Part shown: piece by piece, positions 13,539 through 25,800 of the stretch
Position numbering within the stretch: position 1 is the first letter of the stretch
Layout of the letters: the number at the start of each line of letters is the position of its first letter
DNA from: Octopus bimaculoides
Taxonomy: Eukaryota
Reading direction: 5' to 3'
Assembly (NCBI RefSeq): GCF_001194135.2
Contig: NC_068997.1
Coordinates: 4,821,029-4,885,028 of the forward strand
Length of the DNA: 64,000 bases
Program-made: the position numbers and the translations under genes
The notes under the pieces: generated by a model
What the model saw: only the letters and a program-made list of their open reading frames with translations
Told to the model about the DNA's origin: nothing
Databases searched by the model: none

Positions 13539-15055
13539 ATTATTATTATTATCATTTTCCCTTTATCACAGGTTTTGTTGGAGCTCCTGGAATCTCGCCT
13601 GCATAGTAGGCTTGCTACCTGCAGCCTACAGCACCATGCTATTCGTTCTTTTCAGTTATCTGATACTTTCCTGATTATTCTGGCCATGCCAAAGAGGCAA
13701 ATCTTTTGTAGCAGTTCTACTGGGTACTCTTTTCCAATTTCCTTTATATTCCTCTTGATGCCTTCTGATACTGATCCCAAGGACCCAACAATAATTGGCA
13801 CTATCTTCACCTTCATTTTCCATAGCCGGGCTATTTCATACTTAAGAAGGTTGTATTTATCTATCTTTTTGCCTTCCTTCTTGACTATTCGTCTGTCAAA
13901 GGGACATGCAACATCAGCTATATAGCACATGTGGTGCACCTTGTCCACCACCACTAGGTCCGGTCTGTTATGCCCTAGCACCTGATCTGTTTGGATTGGG
14001 AAATCCCAGAGGATTTTGCTAGTCTCCAACTCCATCACTCTCTGCAGTTTGTGCTCTTACTACCTCTTGCCTCTCTCTAACCCCCCCCCCACTTTTCGCA
14101 CAGTTTCCAATGTAGCACTTTCACTACCGGGTCATGTCGCCACAACTTGTGGTTTGGGGCAAGTCTAGGTCATTCGTTCGTGATATGGGTAATGGTCCAT
14201 CCACTCTCTTGCAAATGCAGGACAGCAGACACACTTTCTCTTTCCTAAGGTTGACCTTCCAGTTCATCCCCAAAGCTTGATCTTGCACTGCCAGTATAGT
14301 GTTCTCGGTCTCTTTTTTTTAGGGTTCCTTTCATCAGCCAATCCCACCTATTTTCTCCTGCAACTTCTGTTGTGGCTACATGGAATTGATTGTGTAGTCC
14401 CTTCTTGCGTAATTCTTCTTCATGTCCTTTTTGTACTTCTTCCTTTGTTTTCCCTTTTTTATCTGCTCTCAATATTCCCTTGTTCCTAACTGTCACTAGC
14501 AAGGTTTCTTTACTTTGGGCTAGATATCTCATTAAGCTCTCGAGTTTGATACACCCACAGTCCTCCACATTTATCAGTCCCCTTCCTCCATTTATTCTCT
14601 TCATGTAGAGGCAATCAGTGTCTGCATGTGGATGATGGGCTCCATGCATCGTTAGGAGCTTTCTTGACTTCCTGTCCATCTCCTTTAGCTCCTCCTCTGT
14701 CCACTTCGGGATTCCCGCGCCATGCTGAACTACTGTGACTGCATGTGAGTTTATTGCTGAAATTATGTTTCTGACATTCAGCTTTGAAGCCAATATTTTT
14801 CTCACTCACCTCAGGTGCTTACTCTTTGTCTTTTTCTTCATGTCATTGTGCTTGATGCCATCTGCCTCAAGTATTCCCAGGTTGAATTGTCTTCATCATT
14901 TCACCACTTGACAACCATATGCCTTCTGTCCTGGCAAGCTTTCCTCGTCTCATCACCATCGTAGCACATTTTGAGAGTCCAAACTCCATCTTAATATCAT
15001 TGGAGATAATCCGCACAGACTGGACTAGGCTGTCCAGTTCTGCCTCAATTTTTGC
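13539..15055 (-). mobile_element. R4/Dong-clade non-LTR retrotransposon, 5'-truncated (RT C-terminus, thumb, zinc-knuckle remnant, REL endonuclease), (TAA)n tail
   Basis: Translations MEFGLSKCA, KLNVRNIISAIN, GGRGL, RHD..LHW.LC, KILWDFPIQTD..HNRPDLVVVDK, DVACPFD, KIDKY..LKYEIARLW, PIIVGSLG. Stops and frameshifts are present. Confidence 0.92.
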
Positions 15056-15124
15056 TGGGGGGAATCCAGAGTTAATCCTTGTCGCCAGAATTTTAACAAA
15101 AAAAAAATCAAAGATGATTAATTA

Positions 15125-15280
15125 ATACAAAGCTCAATATCCATTAAATAATCATACTTTTTCCCCTTTTTTTTGCTAAAATTCTTCCTGATTACCATTG
15201 GTCCAGCCATTTGACCGTGAAAAGGAAACAGGCAGAGAGACGGACAGACAGACAGACGTAAAGCTCCTTATTGTAAGATT
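15125..15280 (+). mobile_element. DINE-1/Helentron-like 3' fragment
   Basis: tccagccatttgaccgtgaaa..(acag)n..tattgtaagat pattern. Confidence 0.45.
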
Positions 15281-16862
15281 ATTGTTAATTAATTAAAACA
15301 GTTTGATTCACCATTTCAAGGCTTGTCACAGGAACCTTAAGTTACAGGGAGCCAAATCAAGCTGTTTTAAATAATAATATATGTAACTGCTACTTAATGT
15401 TTTGAGTGCCTCTTTCTTTTGTTTGTCCATTCACTCATTCATGTGTGTGTGTGTAACAGAATTAACAAATGAAAATATCTCTAATATTCAAATCAGCCTC
15501 TGTGATTTAGTTATAAATGTAGTAACTGTAATTTTAAATAAAATTTAACAGCAGCAGTGAATGTAAAGATTTTTGGTTGCTGATGAAGGTCAATAAACCA
15601 GAAACAGTGGCATCCAGCCAATCCCTCTTGTACTGTCCAAAGTGGGGCTTCTATAACAAACATGGCATGTTTATGACTGATTCATATACCTGATATATTT
15701 AATGCATTTATCTTATTAACTAACAAATGCAGAGATGATTCTGATTTTTGAGTATGCACCATACTAAACTTTTGGATGAAAAATAAACACTGCTTGTACA
15801 TCAATATTTCATATATAGAGAGAACAGCTTTTCTTTTATTCATTAAATACATGCCTTTTTTTATCGTTCATATTTTATATTATTGCTTTTTTCTTATTAG
15901 TTTTTTTTTTTACAGGTAGTTTTTGGAACAATAAAGTTCAGTTTCCAGACATTCACAGTCTCATTTTCAAGAATTGAATGGATTTGACATTTACATTGTT
16001 TTTCATCTGCAGATTGAATTCATAAAGGCTTATCCACCAAAATAACTGTAAAAAAATAAAAAGAACATGAAAATTTTAATATAAAAAGAATTAAACTTGA
16101 CTACAATCATGTATTTAGTGAATTTAGTAGATGGAGACTGTTATGAAACCTATCATATGTCTGTATAATGTTTACATCCAGTACATTTTCACTTGGGAAA
16201 AATGATGTAAAAACAAATTATTGATATATGGTGGGCCTCCACTAAGTTTCCATTTACCCAATTCCCCTGACCAGAAAATGGTCAACCTGGTGCTTTACTA
16301 TTGAAGATACTCTTTAAAGTATTGTTACATAATGGGATCAAACATGGGACATGATTTCACAGCAAATTTCTTAATGACAAGGTTCTGATTGTTTGTGCTA
16401 ATATCCAGTTCTCCATTCATCCTAGTAGAATGGATGTTATGGATACTAAGGAACTTACTGGGATCATCTAATTTGACTGTACACCTCCCCAACCTTTAAC
16501 AAAATGTGTGATCTGGTATTATTATACAACAAACTAATAGAGAAACCTTTACATGGTTATGTGACTTACTAGAAATAGCAGCCAAATCTCCATCATGTCA
16601 CACTCTAGTCTTTACAAAAGAAGGCTGGAGCATATTTAATTAGATATCTGCTAAAGGGCTCACCTAATGCTAAACACTAACTGTGGAAAGGAAAATCACA
16701 TCAGATAATGTAGTCCTAGATGCACTCTGAGTAAAAGAGATGCACACAGAATACCTTTTAATTGTAAATCTATCCTTTCAGAGCAGGGACTAAACCAGAA
16801 CAAATTTTTAGAATATTTCATTCATTTGTTTAATTTTAATTTTTTTTTTTTTTTTTTTTCAG

Positions 16863-17021
16863 AGCCCCTACTACTACTCCGTCCACACCTGATAAAGATG
16901 AAGGAATATGTATGATCTCAGCATCTCCCAGCAGCCCAGAGGAAGTGAAACAAGCAGTTCCCTGCTCAGTTTCCGTCGTTGGGTCAATGCCACAGAATGA
17001 GCATCTTATTGCTAAGCCTTG
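16863..17021 (+). CDS. GRAMD2B: GRAMD2-like exon, Ser/Pro-rich N-terminal region (APTTTPSTPDKDEG...LIAKP)
   Basis: Poly-T tract + ag acceptor, G|gtaacc donor, phase 2-2, 159 nt, open and in frame with the next exon. Confidence 0.75.
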
Positions 17022-20000
17022 GTAACCTAGCTTTTCAACTAATGTTTGTTTGATTGTGGTAATCTTAATGTACTTTTCAAATTGCCATAATACTGTTTAC
17101 CATAATATCAACATACTTCTGCAGCTAATGTCTCTATGTTCACTGTTGGCCTATTGTATCACTTCAATTAATTCTGTCTGTTTGTCATACTCCTAACATA
17201 CTTCTTCGATTATTGCCTGTATGTTTGCCATAACCCTATTGTACCACAACCCAACTAATGAGCCATTATATGGCTGTTTGACCTGCCAGAAATAGCAGCT
17301 AAGTCACCTTTGAATGGTACCCTACTATATTAAAATGACATTTTGTATAATCCACATCATTTTATGTCCTTTTTCCATGCTATCCTGGGTTGAACAAATC
17401 ATTCTAATCCACATCACTTCTTATATGGAGTTACTGCCTTTCTAGAAAGACTGGAGTACTACATCTTGGTCCTACACACCATTAGCAACATAGTTTGTAT
17501 GCTTGGGTACCTTTCCTGACACCATCCATTGTACAGAGTATACTGAGTACATTTCTTTCATGGCACCAGCACTAGAAAGGTTGTCATGTTCTCAACAAGA
17601 CCACAGGAGCCTCTTTACTCTTTGTTTACCACTCCTACTCCACCTATTTTTTGTATTTAGTGTGTGAGTCTGCAGTGCTGATGGGCCAACTATCCACCCT
17701 TAATTATCACACTGTTCATCTTCATTGTCATTAGTATGTTAGCATGCAGGGGTCATGAAGCCACTATCCACCCCTAATTAACACAATGTTCACCTTTCGT
17801 TATCTTCCATTTAATTATTCCTTTTTTTCTTTTTCAGTTCAAGTCCTGTTGCAGGCATGAAAAAATATCCAGGCAGGGTAAGCTTATTTAAATATTAATT
17901 ATAATAATTATTAATTAAAGTAATTACAAAGATATTTGTGTATTAGTTATATCTTGGTCTTAACTCTCAATCAAGTACAATATAGTAAACAACATTTAGT
18001 TGCTTAAAGAAAACCCTTCAGTAGTTCATGATATTAATTTAAGAAAGAAAATCAGGAGTCTGTGATAAGGGTTTGGTTGCTTATAGAAAGCTCTTCACTA
18101 ATTCATAGTCCACATGTTAAAAGAAGTCAAGGTTGGTCATGAGGATTTTATTAGTAAAGTGATCCTATTAAACAATTAAGTACAAGTTAATTCAGCAGGA
18201 CACGTGGCTCTTGTTTTAAAGATGACAATTTTATTTGAGACAAAAATATATATCCAAAGTAATGTGGGTGATTATACAATATAGAGTTTAAAAGTGGGCT
18301 CTGAAGTCAAAGAACAGGTGAATTTAAAACAAAGATAATCCCTAGCTTTTTACTGTGCTCCCTGTTATAAAAACTAACAGCAGGATATTTGTAGAGGGAG
18401 ATTTAAGTGCTATAGTCTACAGATCAGATAATTTCATAGAAGGCTACCTTACTGGCTAGTATAGTTCATTCATTTGTTTTAAATTCATATTTTTATGCTG
18501 GCATGGATTGAATAGATTCTTATTTGAAACAGTATCTTACAGCTGGATGCTCTTCCAGTCACTAACTCTTACCTGTTTGACAATTAAGAGATTTTTTTTA
18601 TACCACTAGTCTTGGTAAGTGTGGAGATATGGGACATATTGTCACAGAGAAGATAACCATGATATCAGTGTTTTTTTTTTGTTTTTTTTTTGNNNNNNNN
18701 NNTTTTTTTTTTTGGTGGTGGGGTTGCTGATAGTCTTGCAAAAATGCAGAAAATTTCAGTAGACAAATATGTGATGATTTCCTCATTTTGTCAGATGACA
18801 GCTATCTCACATTCAGCCTGACTGTTCTGATTTACTTTCATTTTTACATGTGCATGGATATAACTTTTCACACCATACATCCATAACCATAGGACTTTAT
18901 AAAATACAAAATGGATCAAGAAATGAAATAAAAGTGAGATATCTGTACGTCACTGGATTTAAGTGGCGAAAGCTTGTACAACACGTTTGCCACTTTTGCA
19001 ATCTTCATAGCAGGTTCCAATGACAAGCATTGCAAGATCATATGCATGCGCACACACACACACACACAAACTCACAAACATACATACATGGTAATAGTTA
19101 TAGTCAGTCCGATACTCAGATGTGTGTAAATATTGCTCATATGAAGGCAACGTACTAAATATTGGAAAAGTTGAGCTACAGAGTGCAGTAAGATTGCATA
19201 CATTCTTCGTATGTGTTTTAAGCATTACATATATTCCAGCATATTTATATAAATGATACGTACATCTTAACATATTTATATAAACACAGCATTGTAACAA
19301 TACACGCATAAAGAAGTAAGTCTAGTAATGTCTCAAAACAGTTTACGAAAATGACAAACGCTGCTCAGTATGTCCGTATCAATACAATTGTAGAATTGAA
19401 AACAACCTGAAAGGAAAGATTACCCAAGCTATAAACAACTTCAAATTTAATTCTGACAAAACTATATCAAAACTTTTAAAGATCATTGTCTCTTTTGAAA
19501 AACAGATACAAATATCTGTAAATAGACAAAATCATCAAGGCTGATCATGTCTCCTTCAACCAAATCATGACTACAATCGCTGTATACAATGGACCTACAA
19601 AGATTTGTATGAAGTATATATACAATCTGACCTCCAGAAGTTTGGTTTTATGCAAAGCTAAAAAATTTGTGGAACTCTAAACACCCAGAATTAGATTTTT
19701 CCTTGAAGTAGTTGAATGAACAAGCAAAATGTATCATTAGATATAAATTGATACATCTAACAGACATATCTGATTCAAAGCAGGCTAACACTATAAATCC
19801 AGCCATTGAAAATAATCATTTCACTTCTCCTGATGAACAGACAGAATGGTCAGTTAAATCTAGCAGGAAACATGCCAACAATTTAGCTGAGCTCCATACC
19901 TATGCTGTACAAACAGAACACCAAAAACTTGTGGATGCCTCACAAGCAATCTGGGATTATAGGTTTCAACAGGTCCACAACCTTATTTGAATGACAGGTG

Positions 20001-21842
20001 ATAACACCAGTGTAAGTAAAGAACCTAATGAATTAGAATCAGAAGCAGTAAATGAAATTGCAAACAAATATTGCAGACCACAGAGTGTAGAGGTGTTGGA
20101 AACAACCAACGCATGTACTAGCCTGTTGATATATGTGTCAGCTATTACATTACTAGTGTATCACAAAAAGGTGAAGCCCTGCAACTGAATCAGCATGGAC
20201 ACAATTTTAAAAAATAAATGTTATTCCTGTGAAAAAGTATCTCACAGATTATAGTTACGAAATGTAACAGTGACTGCCCCCCCCCCCACACACACACACA
20301 CACACACAATCACTTGACAGCCGGTTTGTTTATTTCCCCATAACCTAGTGATTCAGCATAAAGAACAAAACAATAGAGTAAGTACTGGGCTCAAAAAATT
20401 GTACTTGGGTCAATATGTTCAACTAAAACTTTCAAAGCAGTATCCCAGCATGGCCACAGTCCATTGGCTGAAACACGTAAAAGATAAAAGGATAAAATCA
20501 TCATCATCATCATGTATACTTTCCATCTTGGCATGGGCTGGACAGGTTACCACAGTCCGAGTCATTTCCTATAACAGCTCCTAAACACTGGTGCTTGTAC
20601 CTGTCATTTGGCTTGTGGAGGCATGTGGCTTAGTGATAAGGATGTTGGACTCATGATCTTAAGATTGTGGTTTCAATTCCTGGACCTGTTGTGTTCTTGA
20701 GAAAAACACTTCATTTCACATTGCTCCAGTCCACTCAGCTAGCAAAATGAGTAATTCTGTGACCGACCAGTGTCCCATTTGGTGGGGAATATATATGCCA
20801 TGAAACTTGGAAACTAGCCCTTATGAATCAGTATGACTCGAGAAGGGAACTTTACTTTTATTTGGCTTGGTTTCCACAGCTGGATGCCCTTCCCGTCACC
20901 AACCACATTACAGTGTACTAGCTGCATACACACACATGTACACGCATATGTGACAGACTTCCATACAGTTTCTGTCTTTTGATTCTGCTCACAAGGCATT
21001 GTTTGACCCAAGGTTGTAATACAAGTCACTTGCCCAAGGTGACATGCAGTAAAATAGAACTTCAAACCACATGGTTATGAAGTAGACTGTACCCCACATT
21101 GCCATGGCTATGGTTATTCTTATCTTAAAAATAGTTGGGAGAGGGGAGTTTATTGATGAAAATTTAGTTGCTATAGAACCCCTTTCATTACTTCATAGCC
21201 CCTATTTTTAAAACTTTAAGGAAGGGTTGTTAACTAGATTTCTATGCTGCTAATTATAGCAAGTCAAGAGATGCCTTGGAAGTACCTTTTTTTAAACCAT
21301 AGCATTTGTAGCTGTTGTATAAGATTTACAAAAAAAAACTTGGATATGAGAACTGCATAAATAATATTGACCAATCAAATCTTTATGTATTGATATTTAA
21401 AATGTCACTGAGTGAAATAGAAATAACAGTCCTAAGAACTGGGTTACAGATATCAGTATACACACCTGCAAACACTCACACAAATATCTTTTATTTGTAC
21501 TGATAAAAAAATGTTTGCATATATAGCTAGATAGGTGGGGGTAACCATGACCCGTTTCAAGGCTAATTCAATTTCTGCTAGTGTTATTTAATAGCTCTAT
21601 CTATCTATATATCTGTCTGTTTATCTCTTTATATATATATATATATATATAGATATATATATATGGGAGAATGTACGAAAAAACAACAACAGACGAGGAC
21701 AGGTGGTGTAAATAACAAAAGGATGTATTAGTATGACGCTCGGGAATATGGAAAGTGTTTGACGTTTCGAGCTACGCTCTTCAACAGAAAGAATACGGAG
21801 ACAAGGAGAAAAAAAATTGAATAGTGTTCAGTCAATGGTCAA

Positions 21843-21873
<31 letters not shown>

Positions 21874-21957
21874 CTATCTTACTCCCCCTCTCTCTGTATG
21901 TATATATATATATATGTGTGTGTGTGTATGGAAATATGCTGCCCCTCTCTCTCTCTG

Positions 21958-21988
<31 letters not shown>

Positions 21989-22165
21989 GCACACATATTA
22001 TTATAGGTGCAGGTATGGCTGTGTGGTAAAAAGTTTGCTTCTCAACCACATGGTTCCAGGTTCAGTCCACTGCATGGCACCTTGGGCAAGTATCTTCTAC
22101 TATAGCCTCAAGCCAATCAAAGCCTTGTGAGTGGATTTGGTAGACAGAAAGTAAAAGAAGCCTGT

Positions 22166-22259
<94 letters not shown>

Positions 22260-22622
22260 TATTTCATCATCATCATCATCATCTTTTAGCATCTGTTCTC
22301 CATGCTGGCAAGGTTTGGACACTTTCCAGCTAGCCAACTCCTGCCAAACCATCCAACCCATGTCACCATGGAAAACGGGTGGTAAAAGATGATGATGATG
22401 ATGACGTATGTGTGTGCCTTTGTGTTTGTCCCCTACTGCCACTTGACAACCAATGTTGGCATGTTTACATCTCAATAACTTAGCAGTTTGGCAAAAGATA
22501 GAATAAGTACCAGGCTTAATGTGTACTAGACTAACAGAGTAAGTGCCAGGCTTTAAAAGAAAAAAGGTACTTGGGTTGATGTGTTTGACTAAAGTTCTGG
22601 AGCAAATAAAAGATAAGAGACA

Positions 22623-22654
<32 letters not shown>

Positions 22655-22795
22655 AATTAAAAATGTAAAATTAAAGCATTTTAATTTTATGTTTTAATTT
22701 TACGTTTTTAATTTATTCTTTCACCTTGGCCACTATCTGGCATATACAGGTGCTTACAATTATCAAGCATTACCTCTAAAATTTGCTTTACCTAC

Positions 22796-22826
<31 letters not shown>

Positions 22827-25800
22827 TGTATGTATGTATATTACATAAACACATATCTATTCAATCCTCCTCCTTCCATTCATTTTATTTCTTTTCATAT
22901 CTTCAATTTTCCAGGAAATGTTGCTTCACGTCCCAACTGTCAGTAAATCTAAAGTGGCTAAATTTCACAAACTCTTCAAATCTGTGCCTCGGTCGGAATC
23001 TCTAATTGATCGTAAGTAGACCATCTTCCATCTCCTGACTCTCTCTGCAGATGCAACAACCAAAATATTTTAAGATTTGCACAGTGAGTGTGGAGTTTGA
23101 GTGTTTCTTTAACCCTAGGCAAATATAGAAGTAAACATACCAACCCTAAATCCTATTTCAAGATCAGCCCTCACCTCAATTTCCACCAGAGTTAAACCAG
23201 GATGATATCTGCTAATAAGAGTAAATACTCAATCATTCAGTTCCTGATCCAATCACACTGCACAGCATAATTTGGTGACAGAAGCCTATTGTGTATTTTA
23301 TTGAGGCAGATTTTCTACAGCTGGATGCCTTCCCTGTCACCAACAATCACCAGTTTCCAAGCAAGGTACTATTTCCCCCAGGACTCTTTCAGTTTCCACC
23401 TACCATATCCATCCACAAGACTTTTGTTGGTCCATAACTATAGTAGAAGACACCCAAATGCCACACAGTTAGATTGAACCCAAAACCATATGGTTGGGAA
23501 AGGAATTTCTTAACCTCACAACCTCTGTCTGTCTGTCTGTGTGTGTGTGTGTGCGTGCATGCGTGTGTCTTTTACAATGTATACTTATCAACAATGCATA
23601 AATACTCGAGAAAAGAGAAGTGGGGAGGGTAGTGAAATCCCTAGTGGTTGTTGCTCTGTCTCAGATATAAACTCATCTTTGTCAATTGCTCCATCCAAAA
23701 TGTAATAAATCAGTGATCATCAGTCATTGAAAACCTGTAACCATCAACTCCACTGTTAATCACTTGTAATGTAAAATTAAAACAGAAATTGAAATATAAT
23801 AAAAAAAGATCAGTTTTGCAGTCAAAATTGGGGTTTCATTCCCTTGGTTTCTGTTTTTGTGTGAGATTTATTAGCCATAAGAGGTTGTGAGGCAGGTGTC
23901 TCACATATGGCTATGTTGTTGTTGGACCTCAAGTTGGCCTTCATCAAGTGGATCTTTGATCATAGATGTTCCAACAGTATCTTTTTAGAAATAACAGCCA
24001 AATCTCCCTAAAACCACAACCCCCTCCACCTCCACCATATTTTAAAGATAAGAACATTTTTGGATAATGTCATTTCAGATACACAAAAAAGATGTGGCTG
24101 GAACACTTTTGATCTGCTTGATCAGGGCTGGACCACCACTCCTTCCTGACCAATCACCTGATGTCTGGTCATATCACCCGGTTAGTACTGGAACAGACCA
24201 TTTGTGTAGATAATCCACTGTAATCAGATTAACAACCCAACAGATTTACTTCTGAAATTAATCATCATCAAATCTTTTTACGTTGATGTCTTTAGTTCAC
24301 ATAAGGATTTAAAAGATATTCTGATGAAATTTCTGCCACAGACAACACTGCCATGACCATCATGGTCAAACATAGTCCACTGGTATAAGCAGAAGGAGCA
24401 GTCTATAACTAATGAATGTTTCATTAGTTTGCACTTTCTAGATATATATATATTTATATGTATATACATGTATTGTGTGTATATGTATATATGTATGTAT
24501 ATACATGTATATATCTATACTATAAAAGGCAGATTTTCTCTGTGTCTGTGTATGTTTAAAATTCATACATTTACACAATTCCAAATTTCTTGGATTAAAG
24601 AATCGCAATCAATATTCTTAATACAATTTGTTAGGTCACTGCGTCATTTTTTCTGGCAACGATCACACTCGAATGGTACCTTTAACATTCCACTGGCACA
24701 AGTGCCAATCAAGCAGAACTGTCATCAGCCACATTAGTGATTTTGATTTGATTTCACTTGCCTCAATAGATCTTTGTAAGCAAAGCTTATTCTCCAATGA
24801 ATGAGGGATGTTCATAAGTGGGCTGGTTACACCCCACGCTCGGATGTGCTTTTAACATTCCAGTAGCACGAGTGCCAATCAGGCGGTACTGTCATTGGCC
24901 GCGTCAGCAATTTTGATTTTGATTTCAATTGCCTCAATAGGTCTTCGCAAGCAAAGTTTATTGTCCAATGAATGAGGGGTACTCATAAGTAGGCTGGTTA
25001 CACCCACTGGCTTAGGCCATGGGCTGTGGTCTCACTTGGCTTGTCGGGTCTTCTCAAGCACAACATAGCTCCAAAGGTCTTGGTCACTAGTCATTGCCTT
25101 GATAAAGCCTATTGTTCAAAGGTCGTGCTTCACCACCTCATCCCAGGTCTTCCTGGGTCTACCTCTTCCACAGGTTCCCTCAACTGCTAGGGTGTGGCAC
25201 TTTTTCACACAGCTGTCCTCATTCATTTGCAGTACATGACCATACCAGCGCAGTTGTCTCTCTACAGCTGGATGCCCTTCCCAACGCAAACCACTTCAAG
25301 GGTGTAGTGGGTGCTTTTACATGCCACCAGCATGAGGGCCAGTCAGGTGGTACTGGCAACGACCATGCTCAAAAGGTGTTTTTTACGTGCCACCTGCACA
25401 GGAGCCAGTCTGGCAGCACTGGCAACGACCACTCTCAAATGTTGTTTTTCACGTGCCACCAGCACATGTGCCAGTGAGGCGCTGCTGGCAATGATCACGC
25501 TCGGATGGTGCTTTTAATGTTCCACTGGCACGAGTGCCAATCAAGTGGTACTGTCATCGGCCATGTCAGCAATTTTGATTTCACTTGCCTCAACAGGTCT
25601 TTGCAAGCAAAGTTTATTGTCCAGTGAATGAAGGGCACTCGAGGGGTACTCATAAGTGGGCTGGTTATACACTACTGGCATAGGCCACGGGTTATGGTCT
25701 CACTTGGCTTGTCGGGTCTTCTCAAGTACAGCATATCTCAAAAGGTCTTGGTCACTAGTCATTGCCTCGGTGAGGCCCACCTCATCCTAGGTCTTCCTGG

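Noticed and set aside
13431-14608. Plus-strand ORFs 13431-13925, 14277-14489 and 14390-14608
   Set aside because: Antisense shadows of the minus-strand Dong coding sequence.
15916-16130. Strong acceptor (poly-T tacag) as an upstream coding exon
   Set aside because: All three frames close quickly and no convincing phase-2 donor was found. It could be UTR but is unsupported.
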